Below are positions 34,868 to 44,948 of a stretch of DNA of 64,000 nt, piece by piece. Positions within the stretch are counted from its first letter, which is position 1; every line of letters starts with the position of its first letter. Under the pieces are notes generated by a model. It had not been told where the DNA came from and did not search any database. It was given only the letters and a program-made list of their open reading frames with translations. Origin of the DNA: a virus; the IMG/VR virus record IMGVR_UViG_3300009702_000785, positions 3,584 to 67,583 of that record, one strand, 5' to 3'. The position numbers were made by a program, and so were the translations under genes.

Positions 34868-35260
34868 TTATACAGCTTTTCGATTTGCTTCTAGGAATTT
34901 TTTCAAAACTTCTATAAACTCTTTGCTGGACAGCTTTTCCAGAAAGTATCCGAATTGGAAAAGAGTGTTTTCTGCACAATGTATCAGCCAATTCAGACCA
35001 AATACCATCAGCGCTGCCCAATACCACGCATAGCCGACTGCTTCAAAGTAACAAAGTGGGACTGCCACCCAGGCTCCAAGACACATTGGGCACGTCCACC
35101 ACGCATACCAAACTGAATGTACTAGAGAAGGTTTTTGTCCATCCAGTTTTGAGATTTTATATCGCATCTCAACGAACTCTCTCTTGCCACCAACAACTTT
35201 GCTCTTGGTGACCAGTAGAGTAATAGCTAATACGATGAGAGTAAGTTCTATAATTCCCAT
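34868..35260 (-). CDS. DUF1360-like membrane protein
   Basis: WWTCPMCLGAWVA plus flanking TM segments; AGGAG SD. Confidence 0.7.
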   Translation of the reverse strand: MGIIELTLIVLAITLLVTKSKVVGGKREFVEMRYKISKLDGQKPSLVHSVWYAWWTCPMCLGAWVAVPLCYFEAVGYAWYWAALMVFGLNWLIHCAENTLFQFGYFLEKLSSKEFIEVLKKFLEANRKAV

Positions 35261-35355
35261 ATCATCTCCTGCAACATGCATCGAAGTCGTCGGGTGAGTA
35301 CATCCAGAAGTCATGTACGTAATGCCAGAACGATTCTAGATTGAATAGAATTGAG

Positions 35356-36372
35356 TCAATCAGATTTTCCATCATCAACCTTTCCTGCAATCATATCGGT
35401 CTTGTAATTTTTCTGGTTCAAAATTAAGTGATCGCCTGTTTGACGCATCTTGTACACCCCACTTGCCTTGCTGTAATGAGCAGATTGTCCTAAGTCTAAG
35501 TTGACAAGGGCAAAATGGTCGCCAACCTGCATTGCAAGAACATTGAAAACTTCTTCGCCTGAGACACCTTTCACGATGATGCTTTCGAGTATCTTATTAG
35601 AACCAACTATCTCCCACAACAACTTCTTCTCAGTTAATGAGTATGAACCAACATTAGTGAAATCTTCACTTGTAAAGATGATATTGTCGTTGATACATGC
35701 CAGAATGCTTGAAATGCGTGACAAAGGAACGTTAATATTCTCTACAGATGATTCCAGTTTACGAATCAAGCCTTGACAAGAATATAGAATGCTGTTGTTG
35801 TAAGGCACAAGGTAGGGGTTGATTTGTCCTGGTTCAAACCGACTCCATTTGGTTTCACAGGTGTCTGTATCACATGCCACCAGGAATGATGAATCAAGTA
35901 GCACATATGCTGTTCCATCCTTGACGATGATGTCGGATAGTTGCCTGACTTTCCATGACGAAGACTGTGATACTCTTTTGTGGCTTAAGAAATCGTAGTT
36001 AACTAACTGAATATTGTTGTTACGTCTCGTGCCAAACAATAGGCAGTTTTCGTCTGTTGTGTGGTATGGACGAGTTATGATGCGACCCATTTTTTCCGTA
36101 TCCACTCGATGGGTTATTGGTGCATTGCCCATCTTATCGAATACTATGATCACCTTACCAGATAATATGAGTAACACTGCGTCTCCTAAATCAATGAATT
36201 CAAAATGCCTATGATCTCTGGGACAAGGTGCAGTAGCCATCACATCACCCTGGCAGTCAGCCATAATAATCGTTGACATATCTTTATAAATGATAAAGCC
36301 ATGAGTGGCAAAGAATACCTGCTTATCTCTGGTCTCAAACTGAATATTTTTAAGGTCGAGCACGCAATCCAT
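35356..36372 (-). CDS. PQQ-type beta-propeller protein
   Basis: LVACDTDTCETKWS, YSLTEKKLLWE blade motifs. Confidence 0.65.
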   Translation of the reverse strand: MDCVLDLKNIQFETRDKQVFFATHGFIIYKDMSTIIMADCQGDVMATAPCPRDHRHFEFIDLGDAVLLILSGKVIIVFDKMGNAPITHRVDTEKMGRIITRPYHTTDENCLLFGTRRNNNIQLVNYDFLSHKRVSQSSSWKVRQLSDIIVKDGTAYVLLDSSFLVACDTDTCETKWSRFEPGQINPYLVPYNNSILYSCQGLIRKLESSVENINVPLSRISSILACINDNIIFTSEDFTNVGSYSLTEKKLLWEIVGSNKILESIIVKGVSGEEVFNVLAMQVGDHFALVNLDLGQSAHYSKASGVYKMRQTGDHLILNQKNYKTDMIAGKVDDGKSD

Positions 36373-36374
36373 AT

Positions 36375-37358
36375 CTAATCCTCAATCTGATGCAGCGAAC
36401 CATGCGAGGCAACGAATATATTACCGCTGGATGTCATAACTGGCTTCCAAAGTGATATATCGTCTTCAACTGGAAGCAACTCGTACTTATGGGTCGGTAT
36501 ATCGAATTTAATGAAGTTGCCTTTGATATCACCAAAGTAAAGGGAGTCGTCATGCAAAAGGGGAGTCGAAACAACATCGTTTTCAAGCTGGCATATGGTA
36601 TCATACTTCGAGAGTTGAACGTCAACCTTCTGCAATTCTTTACCGGTCAGCCAATACAGACGACCTTCGTGAACCATTGGTGGGGAATAATTCTTTTCCA
36701 CGAGTATCTTGGAAATTGGCTTGCCGGAATTCCTGTCAAAAAATTCTATAGTCCCCAGATCAGATGCCACCCCTACCCAATCATTGATGAAGACGGGGTC
36801 AAAGCCTGCGTCCGATTGTAGGTGTATCTCAATCTCTAGCTCGCAGTCATACGAGTACTTGTATAGTATATTTCCGACTATTAACCAAATCCCATCATTT
36901 ACAATAGGGGCGAATGGTGAGCCGGACATATTTTGAGACTGGAGTAACTTTTTGCCTGTTTCTTTGTCGTGCACGGTAATGCAGACGCTATCGGTGTCTA
37001 TGGATCGACCTGAGACGAGCGGAATGCCACACATTAGGAACAGCTTTTCCCCGTGGGAACACATTTTAAGAGGGACTAACGATCCGGTATCGAAGGTGAT
37101 TAGTTTTTCTCCGGTGAAGGAATCATAGCCGATGACTCCGCTATGCGTAATCAGGTACATACAGTCATCTTCAACATATTGTGAGGTTTGAAAAACCTGC
37201 TCCTCTGAGTGAAAAGTGCCTAGAGTCTCAAACTTCTCTGAATCGAAGGCTACAATCTGAGTGGCCGCCCTTGCAGGCATCAATAGATAGAAAGTGGCTC
37301 CATCATCGAAATAATCGAGTGGAGCGGTTGGCAACGGCAATGTTTTTCGTATTTGCAT
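36375..37358 (-). CDS. PQQ-type beta-propeller protein
   Basis: GYDSFTGEK, HDKETGKKL, FDRNSGKP, STPLLHDDSLYFG. Confidence 0.7.
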   Translation of the reverse strand: MQIRKTLPLPTAPLDYFDDGATFYLLMPARAATQIVAFDSEKFETLGTFHSEEQVFQTSQYVEDDCMYLITHSGVIGYDSFTGEKLITFDTGSLVPLKMCSHGEKLFLMCGIPLVSGRSIDTDSVCITVHDKETGKKLLQSQNMSGSPFAPIVNDGIWLIVGNILYKYSYDCELEIEIHLQSDAGFDPVFINDWVGVASDLGTIEFFDRNSGKPISKILVEKNYSPPMVHEGRLYWLTGKELQKVDVQLSKYDTICQLENDVVSTPLLHDDSLYFGDIKGNFIKFDIPTHKYELLPVEDDISLWKPVMTSSGNIFVASHGSLHQIED

Positions 37359-37394
37359 GGGAACCCCGTATAATTATCTCGAAGATTATACACC

Positions 37395-38057
37395 ATGAAT
37401 TGGCTACGAAAGATAGAACCTGCGATCCTAGAGCAATCATCGGATGTCCCGTATGTCATCCTAGCAGACGGTGTTCATCTATGCTTTGACAACCTTTACT
37501 ATGAGACTGCCGACAAAACAGAGCATCACATTCGATTTACTGCTCACAAACAAGACCTGATCCGCAGGTCTGCCAACTGCTTTCGATTCAAGCAATTTCC
37601 TGTAGTGTTGCCTTTCAAAGATGTATTATCACTCGATGATTCCATTGTGAATGGCAGGATCATCAAAACCGCTTCTGAGCCACCTACAGAGTCCAAGGAA
37701 ATCATTGTCATACGATCTAAGGTTCTAGAACAACTTGAGGAGGAAGAATTTCAAGAAGTCGTGGATTCAGTGGACAAGTATGATGCTGCATTCTTGCTCA
37801 CAGGGAACAACATCGGGCCTTACGACAGGCTGCTCGAAGATTCCGTCCAAATGATTCAGCATCGTGGTTGGCATCATTCGTGCACTGCTATTGCTCATCA
37901 TCTTTGTGACGGTACTCATCGAAAATATTGCTGGACTTACCGCCTGCCAGGAATAAGTATGAAGATGTATGGCATTCACAATGCCGATGACCTTGATCGT
38001 ATTGCTAGTTGTTTTGAAGATATTGGCATTACTGATAAGGAGATTATCTGGGGCTAG
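37395..38057 (+). CDS. Hypothetical protein (N-terminal MNWLRK motif)
   Basis: 220-aa ORF. Confidence 0.7.
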   Translation: MNWLRKIEPAILEQSSDVPYVILADGVHLCFDNLYYETADKTEHHIRFTAHKQDLIRRSANCFRFKQFPVVLPFKDVLSLDDSIVNGRIIKTASEPPTESKEIIVIRSKVLEQLEEEEFQEVVDSVDKYDAAFLLTGNNIGPYDRLLEDSVQMIQHRGWHHSCTAIAHHLCDGTHRKYCWTYRLPGISMKMYGIHNADDLDRIASCFEDIGITDKEIIWG

Positions 38058-38743
38058 TCAATTTTCGACAACTCCACGCCGTCTCCCATTGTCCTAATCG
38101 TGAAACACCATATCCCTTCTCTTCTTAGTTCATTAATGCTCCACGGATCGAATCCATTACCGATAACCACGCCCTGAATTTCTTTATACAGACTGTATCG
38201 CAGCTTGCGGTAGAAATAGTAGCAGTATTTGATGCATTGAGAAACTACGGCGTGGTTTGTCTGACCTATCTTCAATTCGATTGGGTAGAATTTCTTGCCT
38301 TCTGCGACGATGTCACATCTATAACTATGTCCCACATCTACTTCTATGCCGGTCACTCGGACATTTTCTCCAAGTGCTCTAGATAAAATTTCAGGATGAG
38401 TCTGCAAATATCCTTGTAATTCTGCTTCTTTGACAAAAGGAAGCCTTACAGGGTCGATGGAACGTCGTATTTCAATGGATTTGCTGTTTTTAGGGACGAA
38501 ATCTGCAAACAGCTCGTAAGATAACTCTTGTAACCTTTTTCTGTGCACAGGCTTCAAACCCAAGGACACAAGTTTGGGATTGTACTTTGCGGCGTACAAA
38601 AGGATGGAGAATAGGTTGCGCGCTTTCTCTTGGTTGCCTTTGAATGCCGCATCTTCCACCGTCCAGTATAGTGGTTCCATTTCTGTATAGAACATATATT
38701 CTGCTTGGCGAATCATTCTTGCATTGTTCAGTGTTGTCTCCAT
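38054..38743 (-). CDS. NucS/DUF91-like PD-(D/E)xK nuclease
   Basis: EAELQGYL..HPEIL...RCDIVA...IELK...VSQCIKY. Confidence 0.75.
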   Translation of the reverse strand: METTLNNARMIRQAEYMFYTEMEPLYWTVEDAAFKGNQEKARNLFSILLYAAKYNPKLVSLGLKPVHRKRLQELSYELFADFVPKNSKSIEIRRSIDPVRLPFVKEAELQGYLQTHPEILSRALGENVRVTGIEVDVGHSYRCDIVAEGKKFYPIELKIGQTNHAVVSQCIKYCYYFYRKLRYSLYKEIQGVVIGNGFDPWSINELRREGIWCFTIRTMGDGVELSKID

Positions 38744-38819
38744 ATTAGATTATACACTTAGATTGTTGACCAAATGAGTATAATGAACCCGTGAATGGCT
38801 TGATCTTGAATTTGATACG

Positions 38820-40265
38820 ATGATAATACTAAACGATAGCAAAAATACAATCCATCTTGAGGATGTCGATGAGTATATCTCTCCTAGCGACCAGCCTGAA
38901 GAAATCAGTCCCGACCGACTGAAGAAATCTCGCTCGTTAAGAAACTGTATTCTAAACGGCACCATCAAGGTGGTAGAGTTTGATCCCAAAGAGCGCATTG
39001 AAAGTTCTTTGATGTATCTATTGAATAAGATGGCTTCTGCCAAAAGTGAAACTGTTGTTACAACTGAACCAGAATCTGAAACTGAACCAGATGTTGTAGA
39101 GGCCACTCTAAAAGAAGTTTCCGACGATATTGAGGTACGCATACATGGTCTCTTCTATGATGCCAGTGGTTATGCCAAAGTCAATCGCAACCTGGCTCTT
39201 TGCTTGCATAAAAGTGGCATCAAAGTGAAGGTTGATCCCAAGAAGGGTCAGAATCAACTCAACGAAGATGAACTTCGTAATTTAGTGGTTCTGGAGCGTA
39301 CTCCTATCTCTAAGCGAAATCATATTGTCATCGACAGTATTATTCCCTCCTTCAGTGAATTCAGCAGCGCCAAGTACAAGATTCTATATACAACTATAGA
39401 ATCTTACACCGTGCAAGATCAATTCCTGGCTGCTTGTCAGAATTACGAGGAGATTTGGCTTACCAGTGAATGGTCTGCGTCTATCTTACGGAAGTATTTA
39501 CCTGATCGACCTATCTATGCTATTTGCACTGGTGCTGATCCAAATATTTATACTGAGGAAGGTGATCGGTTTGATTTCAAGCCAAACATCAAGAGCTTCG
39601 TATTTTTGTCTGTCTTTGCTTGGAATTATCGCAAAGGGCCTGATGTGCTCTGTAAAGCATACTTCGATGAATTCTCTCAAGACGATGATGTATCACTATT
39701 GATTATGAGTAGATATCAATCAGGTCGCACTCGTCATCATAGAGAGAAGATTCGACTCGACATCGACAAATATATGGAAGGCTTTCCCAACAAGGATATG
39801 CCCCACATAGTTCGGTTCAACCAGATGCTGCCAGAGAATGACATGCCTAAGCTATATCGCGCAGCCGATGCGTTTATTTTGACTACTCGTGGCGAGGGAG
39901 GGAATCTTCCAGCACTAGAAGCATCCTTATGCGGGCTACCTCTCATAATGACCAACTGTTCAGGCCAACAGGGTTATTTGAGGCCAGATAATTCGTATTT
40001 GATTGATGTTGATCGTATTGCACCCGTTCAACCGGGTCAGATGCATCTGCATTATTGGGATGGGCATGAATTTCCTCAACTGACTTCGCAAGGTGTTCAC
40101 GATCAGGTGAAACAGCATATGAGACATGTATATGAGAACTATGATGAAGCCAAAAAGAGGAATCGCAAAATGCAGCAACTCATCCATCAAGATTTTACGT
40201 GGACCCATACTGCGAATGCTGCAATTGAAAGACTGAAAGAGATTAACAAGAAGTTGAAGGGATGA
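38820..40265 (+). CDS. GT4 glycosyltransferase with an extra N-terminal domain
   Basis: SGYAKVNR, YTTIES, FLSVFAWNYRKGPD, TRGEGGNLPALEA. Confidence 0.9.
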   Translation: MIILNDSKNTIHLEDVDEYISPSDQPEEISPDRLKKSRSLRNCILNGTIKVVEFDPKERIESSLMYLLNKMASAKSETVVTTEPESETEPDVVEATLKEVSDDIEVRIHGLFYDASGYAKVNRNLALCLHKSGIKVKVDPKKGQNQLNEDELRNLVVLERTPISKRNHIVIDSIIPSFSEFSSAKYKILYTTIESYTVQDQFLAACQNYEEIWLTSEWSASILRKYLPDRPIYAICTGADPNIYTEEGDRFDFKPNIKSFVFLSVFAWNYRKGPDVLCKAYFDEFSQDDDVSLLIMSRYQSGRTRHHREKIRLDIDKYMEGFPNKDMPHIVRFNQMLPENDMPKLYRAADAFILTTRGEGGNLPALEASLCGLPLIMTNCSGQQGYLRPDNSYLIDVDRIAPVQPGQMHLHYWDGHEFPQLTSQGVHDQVKQHMRHVYENYDEAKKRNRKMQQLIHQDFTWTHTANAAIERLKEINKKLKG

Positions 40266-40268
40266 ATC

Positions 40269-40985
40269 ATGGTTATTATTCTATACGACCAAAATGCTGA
40301 TCGCATTTACATATGTATTCCCAACGAGAAAACTCGTGTTGTAAGTGTGGATGATCCAAGTTTAATGGAGTATATCCACAGTGATGATATTCTATATGTA
40401 ACCAATGGACACTATTTCACTAAGCAACAGTTTGCTGACTATCTGTCGGGAAAAATGGTTCCTACACAGAGTGGGACACTAGACTCAGTAATGTCTACAG
40501 AGAACCGATACGAAGGTTTCTTAGAAGAAAATCTGGACGGAAAGCAACCTATGCGGGATCAAGCACATCGTCAACTTGGGCCTGCACCGGTATACAGTAA
40601 CAAAAAGTATATTCATCCCGTTAGAAACGGTACTGTACTGATTGAAGACATACAGACTTCAAAATATCCCGCAGGAGTTGCTTTGCAAGGCAAATATCAT
40701 TTCATTTCAGTGGATGATATAGGCGAGGCAGAGTTAGCAAACAGCAAGTTTTTTGAACTTCTGGTGAAGCGAGGGAAGGTAGAAGTAGTAGATGAATCGT
40801 ATGTCAAACAGCACGCTCATAAGTTTCAACACAAGAAGTCTCCAGCCGAGGCTGCTTTGGACAAAATTTTAATTCCCGCTGGACCACCCGGAACTGCTGA
40901 GAATGTGGCAGCAGCAGGCGGGATAGGTGCATTTGGTAGTGGTGAAAGTGATGATGGTGCTGCAATACCAATTTATGTAGATTAG
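40269..40985 (+). CDS. Hypothetical protein
   Basis: 238 aa. Confidence 0.75.
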   Translation: MVIILYDQNADRIYICIPNEKTRVVSVDDPSLMEYIHSDDILYVTNGHYFTKQQFADYLSGKMVPTQSGTLDSVMSTENRYEGFLEENLDGKQPMRDQAHRQLGPAPVYSNKKYIHPVRNGTVLIEDIQTSKYPAGVALQGKYHFISVDDIGEAELANSKFFELLVKRGKVEVVDESYVKQHAHKFQHKKSPAEAALDKILIPAGPPGTAENVAAAGGIGAFGSGESDDGAAIPIYVD

Positions 40986-40995
40986 GAGATTTAAG

Positions 40996-41337
40996 ATGAC
41001 TGATATTGATCGTGATAAGCAGTTGGCTCGACTTATATATCACAAGTGGATGTCCAGCATGAAATTTACCCTTGATCTTGAGGAGTTCTCATATAAGGAT
41101 AAGGGACGTAACGATCCTAGATACAAGTTTTTCAAGAAGCAACTAATGGCTAACACATACGATAGCCTCAGAGAACTCTTCCAAATAATGCAAGATATGG
41201 GCGTTATCCAAGCCACCGATTATGACGAAGATGTGAAAGACGGTTATCAGGACACAGATAGTGGCGGTTCAGGATACTTAAATGGCGACCGATTCAATGG
41301 TTGGTTGAAAAGGGAAATAGCCGTTCGTAAAGAATGA
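40996..41337 (+). CDS. Hypothetical protein
   Basis: 113 aa; AGGAG SD. Confidence 0.75.
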   Translation: MTDIDRDKQLARLIYHKWMSSMKFTLDLEEFSYKDKGRNDPRYKFFKKQLMANTYDSLRELFQIMQDMGVIQATDYDEDVKDGYQDTDSGGSGYLNGDRFNGWLKREIAVRKE

Positions 41338-42017
41338 AGATAGTGCTGATTCATAATGGGACTGATTATGAAGCTCTCTTGTTGACAAGTCTGGCGATTG
41401 GGCTGAAGAAGAAGTACGCGAACGCAAAAATTCTTTGGGCTGGTCGCCCTGAATACTTCCCTCTGGTTAAATTCAATAAGAGAGTCAAGAAGTGCCTCAA
41501 CATTAACAACGTCTATGATCTAGCTAGCTTGACTCATTTCTACAAGAGCGATGTTTGTATCAACCCATATCCCGACAAGATAGCCATCAAATTCACCGAA
41601 ATTTGTGCCGCAGAAAAATACTACGGCTTCACTAAAGATGGAGCCATAGATCATAATGCAGAGTTGTTCAAAAACGTTATCTATGGCGATCTGACAACCA
41701 ACAAGACCGTGCTGGATTTGTACTATGGTTTAGTTGATATGAAGTGGAGAGGCGAAGGCTACGGATTGAGTTATTACCCTCGTCATAAGCAGTCTAAAGA
41801 TGTAGGCATTTACATGCAAAATCACCCCGATATTGAAGGTGATCACATCAAGATGCCATCGAATCTCTTTGCTAAATTCGATATTCTGAACGAGTACCAA
41901 CATGTTGTTACAGATGATATGTTTGCCCTGCACGCATCCCTAGCACTCCGAAAAAAAGCAACTTTTTACGGATCACTTCCTTATAGTCTAAATTTTGGTG
42001 GCCAGAAGTCTAACTGA
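41334..42017 (+). CDS. GT9 (heptosyltransferase-like) protein, short
   Basis: ALLLTSLAIGLKKKYANAKILW...PLVKFNKRV; TDDMFALHASLAL. Confidence 0.7.
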   Translation: MKIVLIHNGTDYEALLLTSLAIGLKKKYANAKILWAGRPEYFPLVKFNKRVKKCLNINNVYDLASLTHFYKSDVCINPYPDKIAIKFTEICAAEKYYGFTKDGAIDHNAELFKNVIYGDLTTNKTVLDLYYGLVDMKWRGEGYGLSYYPRHKQSKDVGIYMQNHPDIEGDHIKMPSNLFAKFDILNEYQHVVTDDMFALHASLALRKKATFYGSLPYSLNFGGQKSN

Positions 42018-42065
42018 TTTGTTTTCCATCAAGGACTAACAGGTGTTTTCGCCTAAAGTTTAGGT

Positions 42066-43142
42066 ATGGAAAACAGGAACAAATTTCAACTCGAAGTACC
42101 GACTCTGAAGCCTGAGTTTGTGCTCCAGACAATGTCAGAGATGTACGATTGGGGACTCAGAGACATGAATATCCCCGATATTCATGTTCAGACAATGGGT
42201 GAGGGCGTTACTGTTGCCATTCTTGACACTGGCAAAAGCAACCACTTTGAAGTAGAGAATAATACTATTGGAGCCAAGAACTTCTCAGATACTTCAAATG
42301 TCGATGACAAGCAGGGGCATTCAACTTTTGTATCTGGTATTATCGCAGCTGAGAAGAATAATGAAGGAATAATAGGTGTAGCGCCAAAAAGTAGAATTTA
42401 TTTCGGCAAAGCGATGGACGATTCTGGTCGTGGAGGCCCCGCACAGCTTGTGGAGTCTATTTTGTGGGCAACTCATCTGGACGTAGATATTATATCCATC
42501 TCGGCTGGAATGTTTGTCGATTTTAAGCCCTTACATGAGGCAGTAAAGAGAGCGTATGCAAAAGATATTATAATTGTGTCTGCTACTGGCAATTCAGGGA
42601 CGAGACATTATGACGTTGCCTTTCCTGCCAGATATCCCGAAGTAATTGGAGTGGCAGCTTATGACAAAAAACATAGCATAGCTCCATTTTCATCTCGTGG
42701 TATCAACGTATCGTTTGCAATGCCGGGCGTAGATATATATTCAACTTGGTTGAACCAGCAATTTGCCAAGCATAGTGGGACTTCATTTTCGGCTCCGATG
42801 TTGTCTGGCATATGTGCTCTTATTCTTTCCAAGCACAGACAACTCGGATCAAACAGCAAGACACCATGTGACACTCCGAAACAAATGCTTGAACATTTGA
42901 TAAAGTATGCAGTTAAGCTTGACAATGGAAGAAAAGCCGCTGGGTTTGGTACTATCGATACCAAGTCAATGTTTGCATTAGGTGAGCCAGACTTGCCGAT
43001 GCCAGTCGTAAAAAAACCAACAACCCGATCTTCTCCGTTTACTTCAGTGAAGCGGGTGCGACGACCGAGTACAAGATGGTGGATAGAGTATAGACGTAGA
43101 ATGAGAATGCGTAGACGTAAAATGAGAATTCGTAGACGATGA
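42066..43142 (+). CDS. Subtilisin-like S8 serine peptidase with an Arg-rich C-terminal tail
   Basis: VAILDTG (Asp), GHSTFVSG (His), SGTSFSAP (Ser). Confidence 0.92.
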   Translation: MENRNKFQLEVPTLKPEFVLQTMSEMYDWGLRDMNIPDIHVQTMGEGVTVAILDTGKSNHFEVENNTIGAKNFSDTSNVDDKQGHSTFVSGIIAAEKNNEGIIGVAPKSRIYFGKAMDDSGRGGPAQLVESILWATHLDVDIISISAGMFVDFKPLHEAVKRAYAKDIIIVSATGNSGTRHYDVAFPARYPEVIGVAAYDKKHSIAPFSSRGINVSFAMPGVDIYSTWLNQQFAKHSGTSFSAPMLSGICALILSKHRQLGSNSKTPCDTPKQMLEHLIKYAVKLDNGRKAAGFGTIDTKSMFALGEPDLPMPVVKKPTTRSSPFTSVKRVRRPSTRWWIEYRRRMRMRRRKMRIRRR

Positions 43143-43780
43143 TTAAGTGGCTCGTGAAAACTTGTCAATCCAAACCTATGCCACTCCCACGTCAAGAGGA
43201 AGTTCCAATGGAAATGGGTGGGCCAGGAGCGATACGCATTGATAATCGAATGACCGAGGAAACGGCTCGAAGACAGGAAGAACAAAATAACGACATGAAA
43301 TATCTAGGTCACGGTTGGCAGGGGCTAGCCTATGACCTTGGAGACAAAGTACTTAAGTATACTTATGACTCAGAAGAAGTAGACAGAGCAATACGACTGC
43401 AACAAGAACCGTTGCCTTGTACTATAAGGGTATTAAACATCAAGCTGGTGCAGAACAAAGAACCGTTCATCTGGTCGATTTTGGCAGAAAAAGCAAGGCC
43501 ACTGGATCGTGAAGAAGCCAACTTGGTAAATGTGATGTCCGAGGATTTGGCAGGCTGGATGCAGGTGCGGTGGCGGAATCAGTATGAAAATTTTCCATAC
43601 TTGTTTGCTGCTTTTCAGGACATGGTTGAATGTTTGCAGAAAAACAACTTCAGCACATTTGAAGTCCGTGCTGATAATATTGGATGGGTCGGAGGTCGTC
43701 TGGTCTTATTTGATTTAGGAACACATCCTATAGAGAGAGGTGAATTTGAAGAAGAAGAAGACGACTATATACCGTATTAA
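43139..43780 (+). CDS. Protein-kinase-like fold protein
   Basis: LGHGWQGLAY Gly-loop, VLKYT, RADNIG, VLFDLG. Confidence 0.7.
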   Translation: MIKWLVKTCQSKPMPLPRQEEVPMEMGGPGAIRIDNRMTEETARRQEEQNNDMKYLGHGWQGLAYDLGDKVLKYTYDSEEVDRAIRLQQEPLPCTIRVLNIKLVQNKEPFIWSILAEKARPLDREEANLVNVMSEDLAGWMQVRWRNQYENFPYLFAAFQDMVECLQKNNFSTFEVRADNIGWVGGRLVLFDLGTHPIERGEFEEEEDDYIPY

Positions 43781-43792
43781 TGGAGATTAGAA

Positions 43793-44839
43793 ATGGCAAT
43801 ACCAGGCGGAATGACAAGACCAGTAGAAGGGAGCGCAACTCCTAACGTTACAGGTAGTGGATCGTTCATTGTTGGAACGAGCGCGGTCTTCTACTTTACA
43901 TTTGTTAATCTTAGGGGAATGCATTATGATCCATCAGCGTTTACTATAGAGATTTTCGACCCTGATGGTGTAAGCATAGGTACTGATGATTACTTAGATA
44001 AGATTATCACTGGAGAGTTTGCATACGTTTGGACCATACCTTCTACCTATGCTTCAGGTACGTATACCCTAACGCTCACATATACTGTAGAGACAGAGAG
44101 TGGACCAACTGATGAAATTCATTCCGAATCTTTTGTCGTTGTAGAGCGTGGTACGAGTAGTAACAACCTAACTTTCATGAGACTTACCTACCGGGCTTTT
44201 CTGGAGAGTATGATTGGTTATATTCAGCGTATACCTGTGTGGCATGAGATCATCCGGTTTAATGATAGAGCCAAAACACAAGGCTACCTTTCATTTCCGA
44301 GATGGAATCAAAGTGCTGGTACAAGAATATGGCTCAATGGCGAAATGATGGAAAGTGGATATACAATAGATTATATAAATGGCAGGGTAACCTTCGAGCA
44401 CGACATCTCTGACGAAGATGAGTTGATATGTAACTACAACTTTTGGTGGTTTAGTGATCTAGAATTATATGATTTCATAGAGCAAGGCATCAACTATACC
44501 AATATCTGGCCCCCGCAGCAAGGCTGGAACATTACCAATATCCCCGACCCTTGGATACTGACTGCCGAGCTGGCTGCCGCTGTATTCGTGTTACAAAGAT
44601 GGATGTTGGATATTCTTTTTCAAGAGCCTGCCAAGATATTTGGCGGTCTTGAGAGAGCAAATGAGATATTCAACCATATGAACGAGTTGAAGAAGAATTA
44701 CGAAGATAGGCTGGACAAAATGCTTGATCACAAGAAGAACTTCCCGTATCTGGGATTAACCCATACGGTCACCATACCAGAATTTACCCTGCCTGGGGGC
44801 AGGTCACGCTGGTTTAGGTATCTATTTAAGGGCTCGTAA
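43793..44839 (+). CDS. Probable virion structural protein
   Basis: Ig-like N-terminus, YTIDYINGRVTF motif, location in the morphogenesis region. Confidence 0.65.
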   Translation: MAIPGGMTRPVEGSATPNVTGSGSFIVGTSAVFYFTFVNLRGMHYDPSAFTIEIFDPDGVSIGTDDYLDKIITGEFAYVWTIPSTYASGTYTLTLTYTVETESGPTDEIHSESFVVVERGTSSNNLTFMRLTYRAFLESMIGYIQRIPVWHEIIRFNDRAKTQGYLSFPRWNQSAGTRIWLNGEMMESGYTIDYINGRVTFEHDISDEDELICNYNFWWFSDLELYDFIEQGINYTNIWPPQQGWNITNIPDPWILTAELAAAVFVLQRWMLDILFQEPAKIFGGLERANEIFNHMNELKKNYEDRLDKMLDHKKNFPYLGLTHTVTIPEFTLPGGRSRWFRYLFKGS

Positions 44840-44843
44840 GTCC

Positions 44844-44906
44844 TTTATTAACAAAAACTTATGGCAACATAAGTTTTATGTGGTTTCGATATTATTTTTC
44901 GAGGTT
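44844..44906 (+). repeat. 63-bp direct repeat, copy 1 (hairpin)
   Basis: 50/63 identical to 46106-46168; AAAACTTATG-GCAA-CATAAGTTTT. Confidence 0.8.
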
Positions 44907-44948
44907 ACGTCATATCAAATGGTATAATAGAGTGAAAGGATACACTCT

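Noticed and set aside
33784-34917. Plus-strand ORFs 33784-34470, 34492-34917, 34505-34894
   Set aside because: Shadows of the minus-strand gene 33868-34776.
42659-43285. Minus-strand 208-aa ORF with LRILIL repeats
   Set aside because: Antisense of the subtilase and its Arg-rich tail.
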